A DNA stretch of 64,000 bases from the NCBI GenBank assembly GCA_964434285.1, contig CAYSUJ010000001.1, forward strand, positions 240,564-304,563, in the 5' to 3' direction. Positions 29,393 through 38,510 of the stretch are shown piece by piece (the first letter of the stretch is position 1; each line of letters opens with the position of its first letter). The stretch is from an uncultured Candidatus Saccharibacteria bacterium (GTDB lineage Bacteria > Patescibacteriota > Minisyncoccia > Phycocordibacterales > UBA2100). Position numbers and translations under genes: made by a program. Below the pieces are notes generated by a model. That model was not told the DNA's origin. It was given only the letters and a program-made list of their open reading frames with translations, and searched no databases.

Positions 29393-29895
29393 CGCGATCG
29401 CTCCAGATCCACCCATCGATACTGCAACCCCTGATACTCCCGATCCTCCTCAAAAATGACGTTATTAAACTCTTCTTCATATTCAGGAAAAAATGAATCC
29501 CCCTCTTTCTCATCATCGATAAGCGTGAGATACAGCCTGTCGGTAAACGGCAGCGCTTGTCGGTAGACCTCCCCTCCGCCACCAATAAAAACCTCCTCAC
29601 CCCCCGGCGCACCTTTCGCCTTATCAATCGCCCCCTCCACTGACCCAGCAACCATCACATCATATCGATTTACGAAATCGATATTTCGCGTGACGACAAT
29701 ATTCGTCCGTCCCGGCAAGGGTTTCCCAATAGCCGCAAGAATCGATTCAAACGTCTTCCGCCCCATAATCACCGGATGCCCCAACGTGAGTTCCTTAAAC
29801 CGCTTCAAATCATCCGGTATGTGCCACAAAAGCTGATTATCCTTCCCCAAAACCCGCCCCCTCCCAATCGCCGCAATGGCCGAAACCCCCGCCAT
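29389..29895 (-). CDS. folA: Dihydrofolate reductase
   Basis: LGKDNQLLWHIPDDLKRFK, MGRKTFESI, PLPGRTNIV, IGGGEVY, GDSFFP. Confidence 0.96.
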   Translation of the reverse strand: MAGVSAIAAIGRGRVLGKDNQLLWHIPDDLKRFKELTLGHPVIMGRKTFESILAAIGKPLPGRTNIVVTRNIDFVNRYDVMVAGSVEGAIDKAKGAPGGEEVFIGGGGEVYRQALPFTDRLYLTLIDDEKEGDSFFPEYEEEFNNVIFEEDREYQGLQYRWVDLERSR

Positions 29896-29896
29896 A

Positions 29897-30529
29897 TCAG
29901 ACTGCCTTATGAGCAGATTTCAACTTCTTGATATCCCCCGAAAAAACTAATTTCATCTCAGTGGCCTTTTCTTTCTTACCCTTTTCGACGACATCTTTTT
30001 TATGCCAACGACTTTTACGCGCTTCGACGGGATGCTTGAGCTCCTCAAAAACAACCTGGCAGATACGCTCTCCAGGATGCAGAGTGATCACCTGGGAGCG
30101 CGTGTTGTTGCGCACAGGAAGCGTGAGCGGCCCCTCATAGCTCGCATCAATAATTCCCGTGAGGTCAACGGAAAGCCCCTTGCGATTCACTGACGAGCGC
30201 GGGTACAACACACCCATCAAGTCTTTAGGGAGCTTCACCGTCTCAAACGTCGAGACGAGTACATATTCTTGCGGCAAGAGATCAAACGTTTGTCCCTGTT
30301 CGAGCTCGATCACGTCAAAATACTCGGGCCCATGATCCTTCAGCGGGTCGATCATATACGCTTCACGCCCCTCTTTTGTCATGCGCCACTGCTTTGGTAT
30401 GAGAAAGGTGAAGCCCATGCGCAAATCCACCGCATGTGCCTGAAGTTGAAAGGTGTCGAGTGATGGATGAAAAGCGAGTGATCCTTCCTTCACGCGCGCA
30501 ATGATCTCGTCTCTCGTGATGACAGCCAT
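29897..30529 (-). CDS. dcd: dCTP deaminase
   Basis: VDLRMG, PRSSVNRKGL, IDASYEG, GERICQ. Confidence 0.88.
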   Translation of the reverse strand: MAVITRDEIIARVKEGSLAFHPSLDTFQLQAHAVDLRMGFTFLIPKQWRMTKEGREAYMIDPLKDHGPEYFDVIELEQGQTFDLLPQEYVLVSTFETVKLPKDLMGVLYPRSSVNRKGLSVDLTGIIDASYEGPLTLPVRNNTRSQVITLHPGERICQVVFEELKHPVEARKSRWHKKDVVEKGKKEKATEMKLVFSGDIKKLKSAHKAV

Positions 30530-30539
30530 AGTCGTACAG

Positions 30540-31376
30540 TTATAACACAATAGTCAGCCCCTTAATTGCCTCTTGTGGTCGGTACTGCTTCACAAATTCG
30601 GCAACGATTTCATCAACTAATTTCGGATGCTTCTTCTCAGCGCGTTCGTAGGCATTCTTCGGCATACTAATCTTGATGGGCTTATGTGTATTCTTGCGCC
30701 TTAACATCTCCTTCACGGCATCGTATTGGTTGTCATAGATATGCGCGTTCGAGATGGAGTGCGAGTAGATACCCGGTTTGACCTTCAATTTTTGCGCGAG
30801 AAACATCTGAAGCAGTGCGAAACCCGCCACATCCGCCGGGAACCCGAGCACCATGTCGTTCGAGCGCACCATATTATGCAAATTTAAACGACCGCCGATA
30901 ATGTTCACGGTAAAGGTATACGGGCACGGCACATTCTTCTTGTTGGTAACCCCAAGACCATCCCCCGCCGGATCCCACGTCACCACCACACCATGGCGCG
31001 AGGTCGGATCTTCTTTAAGATGCTTTACGAGAAGCCCGAGCTGATCGCGCCCGAAGTGTTTTCGCCACCGATAGCCGTAGGCCACCGTGACAACATCTGC
31101 CGGATTGGTAAAACTATCCCAAATCTTCGTAAAATCTCGTAAAAAATCTTCGGGTTTGCGTGCGCCAGAAATAAACCACACCTGCTCCGCGACAAACATC
31201 TTTACCGGAATCTTGCGGAGCGTAAGAAGTGGGAAACCGTCTTTCTCGATGTCTATCGAAAAATGCACCCCTGGAATCGCAGCCACTTCGTGTCCCGTGC
31301 GCTTATTCTTCTCGCGCACACCCTCCTTGACGATGCGCTTCAGCATATCTTGATAGATCGCATCGAACTTTGTCAT
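30540..31376 (-). CDS. thyA: Thymidylate synthase
   Basis: GFPLLT, YGYRWR, VPC catalytic Cys, RSNDMVLGFP, AHIY. Confidence 0.94.
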   Translation of the reverse strand: MTKFDAIYQDMLKRIVKEGVREKNKRTGHEVAAIPGVHFSIDIEKDGFPLLTLRKIPVKMFVAEQVWFISGARKPEDFLRDFTKIWDSFTNPADVVTVAYGYRWRKHFGRDQLGLLVKHLKEDPTSRHGVVVTWDPAGDGLGVTNKKNVPCPYTFTVNIIGGRLNLHNMVRSNDMVLGFPADVAGFALLQMFLAQKLKVKPGIYSHSISNAHIYDNQYDAVKEMLRRKNTHKPIKISMPKNAYERAEKKHPKLVDEIVAEFVKQYRPQEAIKGLTIVL

Positions 31377-31430
31377 GCGAAGATTATACGCGGTGTGCTA
31401 TATAGTACCTAGACCATGGAGGATTCGAAC

Positions 31431-31907
31431 ATGACTGAGACAGGAATCAAGTATCCGTATCTGCCCGAAGGCAAGAAAATTCTGTACGTCCCCGAAGACC
31501 ATCCGCATATGCAACGTGCAAAGGGGCGCGCTCTTGAGCACTCTCTCGACGACGCGGTGAAGACTGGTGCGGTTGTCGTTCGCGGCAGTATTGTCATCGG
31601 CGAGGGGGCAAACGGGAGCGACTATCACAAGACGAACGAATGCGAACGTGTGAAGCGCGGGATGCCGACTGGTCAGGGTTATGAGCTCTGCGAAGGATGC
31701 CACCCGAAGAATCATGCCGAACCACGCGCAATCGCTGACGCGCGCACGAGCGGTCACTCGACCGAAGGCGCCGACCTGTACTTGTATGGTCACTGGTGGT
31801 GTTGCGAACCTTGCTGGCGAGCCATGATAGAGGCGGGTATTGCGAATGTGTACCTACTCGAGCGCAGCGAAATTCTCTTTAACAATAAACGCGAGGCGAA
31901 ACGCTAA
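31431..31907 (+). CDS. Zinc-dependent cytidine/dCMP deaminase
   Basis: HAE and CxxC (CCEPC) motifs, AMIEAGI; GGAGG SD; nucleotide-gene context. Confidence 0.85.
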   Translation: MTETGIKYPYLPEGKKILYVPEDHPHMQRAKGRALEHSLDDAVKTGAVVVRGSIVIGEGANGSDYHKTNECERVKRGMPTGQGYELCEGCHPKNHAEPRAIADARTSGHSTEGADLYLYGHWWCCEPCWRAMIEAGIANVYLLERSEILFNNKREAKR

Positions 31908-31913
31908 CCTAAG

Positions 31914-31947
31914 GAGCCGGCAGTTCCCTGAACTGCCGGCTCATTTT
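31914..31947. terminator. 13-bp hairpin between convergent genes
   Basis: GAGCCGGCAGTTC-CCT-GAACTGCCGGCTC then ATTTT. Confidence 0.65.
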
Positions 31948-31955
31948 GTGCACAC

Positions 31956-32162
31956 TCACACATCGATGCCCCAAAAGTAGCCGATCCACGAATAGACGAG
32001 AAGTATCATCGTCTCCAGATCGGGTTCGGCGTACAGGGCAAAAAGAACGACCAGCGCCGTGCCGGAATCAAACAGGCGAACGCTACGAATCCTCGTCTCG
32101 ACGCGCAACTGGTAGCCGATGAACATACCGGCAAGCGCACAATACAGAATCGAAAGTGCCAT
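31956..32162 (-). CDS. Small membrane protein
   Basis: GGAGG SD, three hydrophobic segments. Confidence 0.55.
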   Translation of the reverse strand: MALSILYCALAGMFIGYQLRVETRIRSVRLFDSGTALVVLFALYAEPDLETMILLVYSWIGYFWGIDV

Positions 32163-32345
32163 CTGTGCCTCCTGTGTTCCCTACACCCATGTGTAATATC
32201 ATCTTTACCTCTCCTACTCAAGGAGTACGGTCAAAGTGGAATCCTTCCCCCATGTGCGGCATTCTGATCGAGATCGACATCTTGATTTCAATTTTTTTCG
32301 ATTATACTTAAGTGAGTTAGATGTTCATAGTCGAGGAGAAATGAA

Positions 32346-32522
32346 ATGGGTGAAATTAGTGAGAGAGAGGCAGACCAAGTTGCGCTTGAGGTAGCGCCCA
32401 ATTCTGCGAAAATAATGGCGCAGATAAGAAAAGCCATCGATGAAGACATTGAAAAGTCTTTGCGTCTCGATCTGTTTCGGCAGGCGCGGGGACAGGGCAC
32501 GAAAAACTCCTCGGATAAATGA
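32346..32522 (+). CDS. 58-aa hypothetical protein (below ORF-track cutoff)
   Basis: GAGGAG SD, then MGEISEREADQVALEV...NSSDK stop, translated by hand. Confidence 0.4.
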   Translation: MGEISEREADQVALEVAPNSAKIMAQIRKAIDEDIEKSLRLDLFRQARGQGTKNSSDK

Positions 32523-32605
32523 CCGAGCCAGAGAGATTGTCATGCACTTATTATGGCCGACTCACGAGGTTCGGCCATATATTTTGCGCATGCTATCATC
32601 CGTCC

Positions 32606-33283
32606 ATGCGCGGCATACTCATTGATATCGAAGGTGGCGACGGCGCGGGCAAGGCGACGCAGACAAAGATGCTTGCCGAGCGACTCAAGGCGGAAGGACG
32701 AGAAGTCGTCACCTTCTCTTTCCCCCGCTACTACGAATCCCATTCCGGCAAACTCATCGGCGAACTCCTTGCCGGAAAACACGGCGATTTCATGAGTGTG
32801 CCGCCCTACATCTCCGCGCTTCCCTATGCGATGGATCGCGGCACAGCGCGGGATGCGATTCAGGAAGCGCTTGCAAAGGGTGCCACTGTAATCTGCGACC
32901 GCTACACATCATCAAATCTCGCGCACCAAAGTGCAAAACTCCCCAAAGATGAACAGGGCGCACTCGTCGAATTCATCGAGAATCTCGAATATGTCGATTT
33001 ACGCCTCCCACGCCCCGACGTCGTCATGTACCTCTCCGTTCCGACTGATGTTTCTGCGGAGCTCGTCTCAAAGAAAGAGGCCCGCGAATACACAGGAGGC
33101 GAGAAGCGCGATCAGGCCGAACGCAATATGGCACACCAAGATAGAACACGTTCCGCCTACCTGCGATTAGCTGCAGAAAAAGGCTGGCGCATCGTGGAAT
33201 GCGCGCCCTCGGGCGCACTCAGAGGACCTGAAGACATCCACGAGGAGGTGTCAAGAATTGTGCACGAAATGCTGGCGGTATAA
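32606..33283 (+). CDS. tmk: Thymidylate kinase
   Basis: IEGGDGAGKATQ, FSFPRY, ICDRYTSSNLAHQ, PRPD. Confidence 0.94.
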   Translation: MRGILIDIEGGDGAGKATQTKMLAERLKAEGREVVTFSFPRYYESHSGKLIGELLAGKHGDFMSVPPYISALPYAMDRGTARDAIQEALAKGATVICDRYTSSNLAHQSAKLPKDEQGALVEFIENLEYVDLRLPRPDVVMYLSVPTDVSAELVSKKEAREYTGGEKRDQAERNMAHQDRTRSAYLRLAAEKGWRIVECAPSGALRGPEDIHEEVSRIVHEMLAV

Positions 33284-33290
33284 TGCGTGG

Positions 33291-33626
33291 ATGGATTTTG
33301 ATGAGTACGAAAAGTTGGCATCCCGCACGGCAACATTCGACGGCTCGCAAAAAGAATACGCACTCCTCTATCTTGGCCTTGGAGTAACAGGCGAAGCGGG
33401 TGAAATCGCGGAGAAAATTAAGAAGATTGCACGCAACGATAACGGCGTCGTTTCCGATGAGAAACGGGAAGCTCTAAAACAAGAAATTGGCGATGTACTC
33501 TGGTACCTCTCCCAACTCTCGCGCCATCTCGGCATTCCATTCTCTGACGCAGCAAAAGCAAACATCCAAAAAACCGCCGATCGTGCAGCCCGCGGCGTTA
33601 TAAAAAGCTCCGGCGATAACCGATAA
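33291..33626 (+). CDS. MazG-like nucleoside triphosphate pyrophosphohydrolase
   Basis: LGVTGEAGEIAEKIKK, EIGDVLWY, SGDNR end. Confidence 0.9.
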   Translation: MDFDEYEKLASRTATFDGSQKEYALLYLGLGVTGEAGEIAEKIKKIARNDNGVVSDEKREALKQEIGDVLWYLSQLSRHLGIPFSDAAKANIQKTADRAARGVIKSSGDNR

Positions 33627-33645
33627 CGGTATGATTTAGCTTTTT

Positions 33646-33680
33646 CTACAAACCACAGTCTACAAACTACTAACTACTCC
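33646..33680 (+). repeat. Degenerate heptamer array in the glyA leader
   Basis: ctacaaa ccacagt ctacaaa ctactaa ctactcc, ending 3 nt before ATG. Confidence 0.65.
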
Positions 33681-33683
33681 TCT

Positions 33684-34952
33684 ATGGAACTCTACCCTTT
33701 CACCAAAAAACAAGACCCAAAAATCTACAAAGCCCTCCAAGGCGAGGAAAAACGCCAAGCCGCCGGACTCGAACTCATTCCCTCAGAAAACTACGTCTCG
33801 CGCGCCGTGCGTGAGGCAAATTACTCCATCCTCACTAATAAATATTCGGAGGGCTATCCCGGTAAGCGCTACTACGGCGGGCAGGAATTTACCGACGCCG
33901 TGGAAACACTTGCGATCGAGCGCGCAAAAAAGCTCTTCAAGGCGAAGTACGCCAACGTGCAAACACTTGGTGGCGCAAATGCCAACATCGCGATGTATTT
34001 CGCTCTACTCGAACCCGGCGATACCGTCCTCGGCATGGATCTCTCGCATGGCGGCCACCTCACGCACGGTCACCCCGTCACCTATCTCACCAAAATCTTC
34101 CGCTTCGTGCGCTACAAGATGAAAAATCCCGATACCGGCGAGATTGATTACGACGAGATGCGACAGGTGGCGCTCAAGGAGAAGCCGAAAATCCTGCTTG
34201 CAGGATTTTCGGCCTACCCCCGCGAACTCGACTACAAACGCATGGCCGCGATCGCGCGAGAAGTCGGTGCCTATGCCGTGATGGACGTCGCCCACATCGC
34301 AGGACTCATTGCCGGTAAAGCGGTGAAAAACCCCTTCGACTACGGCTTCGACATCATGACCTCAACAACGCACAAAACCCTCCGCGGCCCCCGAGGTGGT
34401 CTCATCCTCATTCGCGAAAGCGAAGAGCTCGCTAAGAAAATCAACAAATCCGTCTTTCCCGGCCTTCAGGGTGGCCCCCACATGCACGCCGTTGCCGCAA
34501 AAGCAGTCGCCTTCGGCGAAGCGCTCTCCCCGAAATTCCGCGTCTATGCGAAACAGGTTCTGAAGAACGCGAAAGCGATGGAGAAAGTATTCAAAGCGCA
34601 CAACATTCGCCTCCTCGCAGGTGGCACGAGCAACCACCTCCTCTTGGCTGACGTGTACGGATCGCTCGGTATCACTGGGCAAGATGCCGAACACACGCTC
34701 GACCTCGTCGGCATTACACTGAACAAAAACTCTGTCGCGGACGACGTCCGCGGCCCAATGGATCCCTCCGGCATCCGTTTCGGCACGCCCGCCATCACGA
34801 CTCGCGGCTTGAAGGAAAAAGAATGCATAAAAGTCGCCGAATGGATGGTCGCCGCACTCAAAAATAAAGACAACAAAAAAGAATTAGTAAAAATTAAAAA
34901 GGAGGTCGAAAAACTCTGCAAAAAATTCCCGATTCCGAACAAGTTCGTATAA
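33684..34952 (+). CDS. glyA: Serine hydroxymethyltransferase
   Basis: LIPSEN, NKYSEGYPGKRYYGG, GGHLTHG, TTHKTLRGPRGG, FPGLQGGP, SGIRFGT. Confidence 0.98.
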   Translation: MELYPFTKKQDPKIYKALQGEEKRQAAGLELIPSENYVSRAVREANYSILTNKYSEGYPGKRYYGGQEFTDAVETLAIERAKKLFKAKYANVQTLGGANANIAMYFALLEPGDTVLGMDLSHGGHLTHGHPVTYLTKIFRFVRYKMKNPDTGEIDYDEMRQVALKEKPKILLAGFSAYPRELDYKRMAAIAREVGAYAVMDVAHIAGLIAGKAVKNPFDYGFDIMTSTTHKTLRGPRGGLILIRESEELAKKINKSVFPGLQGGPHMHAVAAKAVAFGEALSPKFRVYAKQVLKNAKAMEKVFKAHNIRLLAGGTSNHLLLADVYGSLGITGQDAEHTLDLVGITLNKNSVADDVRGPMDPSGIRFGTPAITTRGLKEKECIKVAEWMVAALKNKDNKKELVKIKKEVEKLCKKFPIPNKFV

Positions 34953-35021
34953 AAAAGCCCCTGTCACATTTAAGACGCGGGGCTTGTCTCGAGCTGGGAC
35001 GTACCCTTGCGAAAACGCTGG

Positions 35022-35240
35022 TTAGTTAGACCGGGTCTTCGCAGTCTCGTGAACAAGCCTCATGAAGTCAGCGAATTGCTCCGCGGTGGCTTCCTGTCGC
35101 TCGTCCTCGATGTACGTTTCCAACTCCTCGGGAGTCATTCTGCGGATATCGTTCCGCATATCATTCTCGATCGTATCCCGGATGTAATCGAGAAATTGCT
35201 GCTCTTTAGGCGACAGCGGCCTTTTCTTGTCTGCGCTCAT
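35022..35240 (-). CDS. Small helical hypothetical protein
   Basis: GGAGG SD; N-terminus LSPKEQQFLDYIRD resembles the first helix of LexA-type HTH proteins. Confidence 0.5.
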   Translation of the reverse strand: MSADKKRPLSPKEQQFLDYIRDTIENDMRNDIRRMTPEELETYIEDERQEATAEQFADFMRLVHETAKTRSN

Positions 35241-35358
35241 CGCGCACCTCCAAGACCTATACCCGATCGTATAGTCTCTACAAATTAACAATAACATTAC
35301 AATTTGTCAATCCCCAAAATCCCATTGAAACAAGCCAAAAATCGGTCATACTACGGAG

Positions 35359-36720
35359 ATGTTTTTTGGTATTGATTTAATCCAAGCAATTCAAGTGATT
35401 GGCTACCCCGGCATTTTTGCGATCATCCTGGCAGAGAGCGGCCTCTTTTTCGCCATCTATCTCCCTGGCGGCTCCCTTCTCTTCACCGCAGGCCTTCTCG
35501 CCTCGCAAGACATTCTCAACATCTGGCTTCTTCTCTCCATCGTCATCGTCGCAGCCGCGCTCGGCGACACGATCGGCTATTGGTTTGGCGCGTGGGTCGG
35601 CCCGGCACTCTGGCGTCGCGAAGATTCCCGCTTCCTCAAGCGAAAACACCTCGAACAAACACGCGAATTCTTCGATGAACACGGTGCGAAGACCATCCTC
35701 CTCGCACGCTTCGTTCCAATCGTACGCACCTTCGCACCGATTCTCGCGGGCGTGGGCGAGATGCGCTATCACACCTTCCTTTTTTACAACCTCCTCGGTG
35801 CACTTATTTGGGGCGGCGGCTTCACACTCGCTGGCTATTTCCTCGGCACCTCAATTCCGGATGCGAGTAAATATCTTGAGGTGATTGTTCTCGGCATTGT
35901 CTTCGTCACCATCCTTCCCTTGGTGCATCATGTGTGGCAAGCGCGCAGGCGTGAAGCGAAAAAAAACGACACCGGAGCATCAAAACCGCACGCATTAATT
36001 TTCGACCTCGACGACACGCTCGCGGAGAGCTTCCAAGCACCGAGCGAGCAAATTCTTGAGAAAGTGTTCACTCTCGCGGAGCGCATGCCGGTTGCCATTA
36101 TGTCGGGAGCCACATTCTCACGCCTCGAACGCGACATCATGCAACGTCTTCCCGCACACCACATGGCACAACTCTCCGTCTTTTCTGACAACGGCGCACG
36201 CGCTGACGTATGGAAAAACGGCACATGGGAAACCGCCTACCACTTCCCCCTTGAAAGCGCCGAGCGAGAACAAATAAAGAACATCGTCTCTGAAGCAGTC
36301 GCGGAAACCGGCGTGTTTAATGCTGAAGAGCCGCAGTATCGCATCATCGACCGCGGCACCTCCGTCTCTTTTGCTGCGCTCGAAGACGGGGCGACGAAAA
36401 CCAAGAAAAGCACATGGGATCCCGATCTTTCCAAGCGCTCAAAGCTTGCAGAAGCTCTCCGCGCGAAACTCCCCGGCTATGAAGTGCTGATCGCCGGCAA
36501 AACCACCATCGACATCGTCCGCAAAGGCATCAGCAAAGCCTACGGCGTTGAATGGCTCGCAGAGCACTTAGGTATCCCAGCAAAAGACATGCTTTTCGTC
36601 GGCGACGCCTTTTACGAAGGCGGGAACGACGCCGCTGTTATCCCCACCGGCATTAAAACCCACCACACGAGCGGCCCCAAAGAAACGGAAGAGCTCATCG
36701 ACAACCTCCTCCGCCCCTAA
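35359..36720 (+). CDS. DedA (VTT domain) membrane protein fused to a HAD-IIB hydrolase
   Basis: ESGL, LPGGSLLF, LARFVPIVRTF followed in frame by FDLDDTL...VGDAFYEGGND. Confidence 0.88.
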   Translation: MFFGIDLIQAIQVIGYPGIFAIILAESGLFFAIYLPGGSLLFTAGLLASQDILNIWLLLSIVIVAAALGDTIGYWFGAWVGPALWRREDSRFLKRKHLEQTREFFDEHGAKTILLARFVPIVRTFAPILAGVGEMRYHTFLFYNLLGALIWGGGFTLAGYFLGTSIPDASKYLEVIVLGIVFVTILPLVHHVWQARRREAKKNDTGASKPHALIFDLDDTLAESFQAPSEQILEKVFTLAERMPVAIMSGATFSRLERDIMQRLPAHHMAQLSVFSDNGARADVWKNGTWETAYHFPLESAEREQIKNIVSEAVAETGVFNAEEPQYRIIDRGTSVSFAALEDGATKTKKSTWDPDLSKRSKLAEALRAKLPGYEVLIAGKTTIDIVRKGISKAYGVEWLAEHLGIPAKDMLFVGDAFYEGGNDAAVIPTGIKTHHTSGPKETEELIDNLLRP

Positions 36721-36746
36721 CCCAAGGCACCCATCCCCAAGGTCCC

Positions 36747-36764
36747 CAAGGCGACGCCTTGTTC
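36747..36764. repeat. REP-like palindrome downstream of RAYT
   Basis: CAAGGC-GAC-GCCTTG-TTC, identical to 37475-37492; preceded by CCCAAGG part-copies. Confidence 0.8.
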
Positions 36765-36776
36765 CAAACAAGCCAA

Positions 36777-37448
36777 TCAGAGAGCCATATTTTTATAGTA
36801 CTCTGCAGCATCTTCCAGGACCTCTGCCAGTTCCACATTTGTTTCGAACAAAGTGCGTGTTTCCGGATCAAGTACTAAGCTTTCAGCCCTCGGTGCACCA
36901 AAATAGTATCCGGCGCTGCTATATTCATAATTCAAAAGACGCTTCTTGAGTTGTGCAATATCTGCCCTGAGAATCCCCCGCTTCCAATGTGGTTCGAACA
37001 ATTCTGCAGGATTAAGATGGAGATAATTCGGTATGTGCATGAAGTGCGCTTCACTCGTGATTCTTCGTGCACGAAATGGTTTGAGAAATAGATTTCCCGT
37101 TCGTTCGTTGCGTTTATTGAAATACATCGTATACGCAGTACCAACTTTTTGCATATAAGAAGAAATGCCTCCTTCTACTATCTCCTGCATCACTATATGA
37201 AAATGATTTGGCATCAGACAATACGCAGCAATAGATACGAGAGGATCGCCGCGTATATGTCTGAAGATCTCATCGTGCGAAAGGAAGTTAACGTCATTTT
37301 GATGTATTGCTTTCGTACTGTTACTCAGATACAAAGCCTGAAGAAAACGCCGATAGTCATGAGGCGAACAGAAAACACGCCTCTTGTCGACGCCACGATT
37401 GTAACAATGATACCATTCACCGACTCCAAAGGACTCTCGCAACGCCAT
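36777..37448 (-). mobile_element. REP-associated tyrosine (HUH/Y1) transposase, RAYT-like
   Basis: YHCYNRG, AYCLMPNHFH (HUH), RTGNLF, YLHLNP catalytic Tyr, YSS motif. Confidence 0.9.
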
Positions 37449-37461
37449 TGCCTCTACTATA

Positions 37462-37502
37462 CCACCCCACAGAACAAGGCGACGCCTTGTTCTGTGGGGT
37501 GG
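37462..37502. repeat. 19-bp perfect hairpin upstream of RAYT
   Basis: CCACCCCACAGAACAAGGC-GAC-GCCTTGTTCTGTGGGGTGG. Confidence 0.88.
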
Positions 37503-37560
37503 CTTAAAATAAGAATATTATTGGTACACGACTTTGAGCTTGGGTGCACGAGCGTGCTGG

Positions 37561-38509
37561 TTACGGCAGACTTTCGCACACGCTACCATCCTTATTGCCA
37601 TCGAGACGATGAACATCGTTCCCAACGCCGCCGCACTGTTCAAACACTGACTGCGCCTCGGCTTGTGTCTTGAAATGCGAACAGTTGTAGGTGTTCGTTG
37701 AACATGTGTACCCGCCACCTGCGGGAGCTGGCTCTTCTTCTGACTCAGGCGAAAGTTCGGGTTCGGGTTTGGGTTCCGTCTTAGGCTCCACTTTCGGTTC
37801 CTCCTTTTTAACTTCCAGAGGAGTCGCCGGCGGCGCAGCGGAAGCAGGCGTTGTCGAGGCCCCGAGCACCGCAGAAACTGCGGGCACGGGGGGGCAAGAT
37901 CACTTTTTTTACTTCTGCTTTCACGGTCGGTTTCGGGCACGCGTCTGGCGCCCAGAGCCCCTTTCCTCCTTCTCGAGCCGCCGCCTCTGCGGCCTTGAAT
38001 GTATCCTGGTATTTATAATCGTCGTCGTACGTATATTCGTACGCATAGCCATCTTCAATCATCTTTTGGTTGAGATGCACTCCGTTCTCCGCAAAAAGAT
38101 ACACGAGGAGGCGTTTGTATTTGTCTCGCTCACCCTGGCTTGAATCCGTCTCCACCGCCACGCGCTTGCCGATTATTTTCTTGAGGTACGCTGTTGCCTC
38201 AGCGCCAAAACACTCGACACCTGCACGCGCATCGTTTGTTTCCGGCGTATCGATCCCAATCAAGCGCAGCGTCTCGTTTTTCTCCCTCATCTTGATCGTG
38301 ACAGTGTCACCGTCAATGACCTTTATGACCTCGTACAGCTCCCGCGTGGACGATGCCTGAGCGCTCTGCTCGTCCCCATCCTCAAACATCTCAAAACCGC
38401 TCGCGGCATCCGCTATCTGCGAATCATTTTTACTCGGCACAAAAAACGCCGCTCCGAGCCCAAGTCCTATCCCGATCGCCCCCACGAGAACGAGAAGCAA
38501 CTGTGGCAT
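37561..38509 (-). pseudogene. Thermonuclease (SNase) plus Excalibur Ca-binding domain protein, split by a frameshift at a C7 run
   Basis: VIDGDT, RLIGIDTPE, DKYKRLL, GKGLW in one frame; NCSHF...RLDGNKDGSVCE in another; removing one base at 37888-37894 fuses them. Confidence 0.72.
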
Positions 38510-38510
38510 A

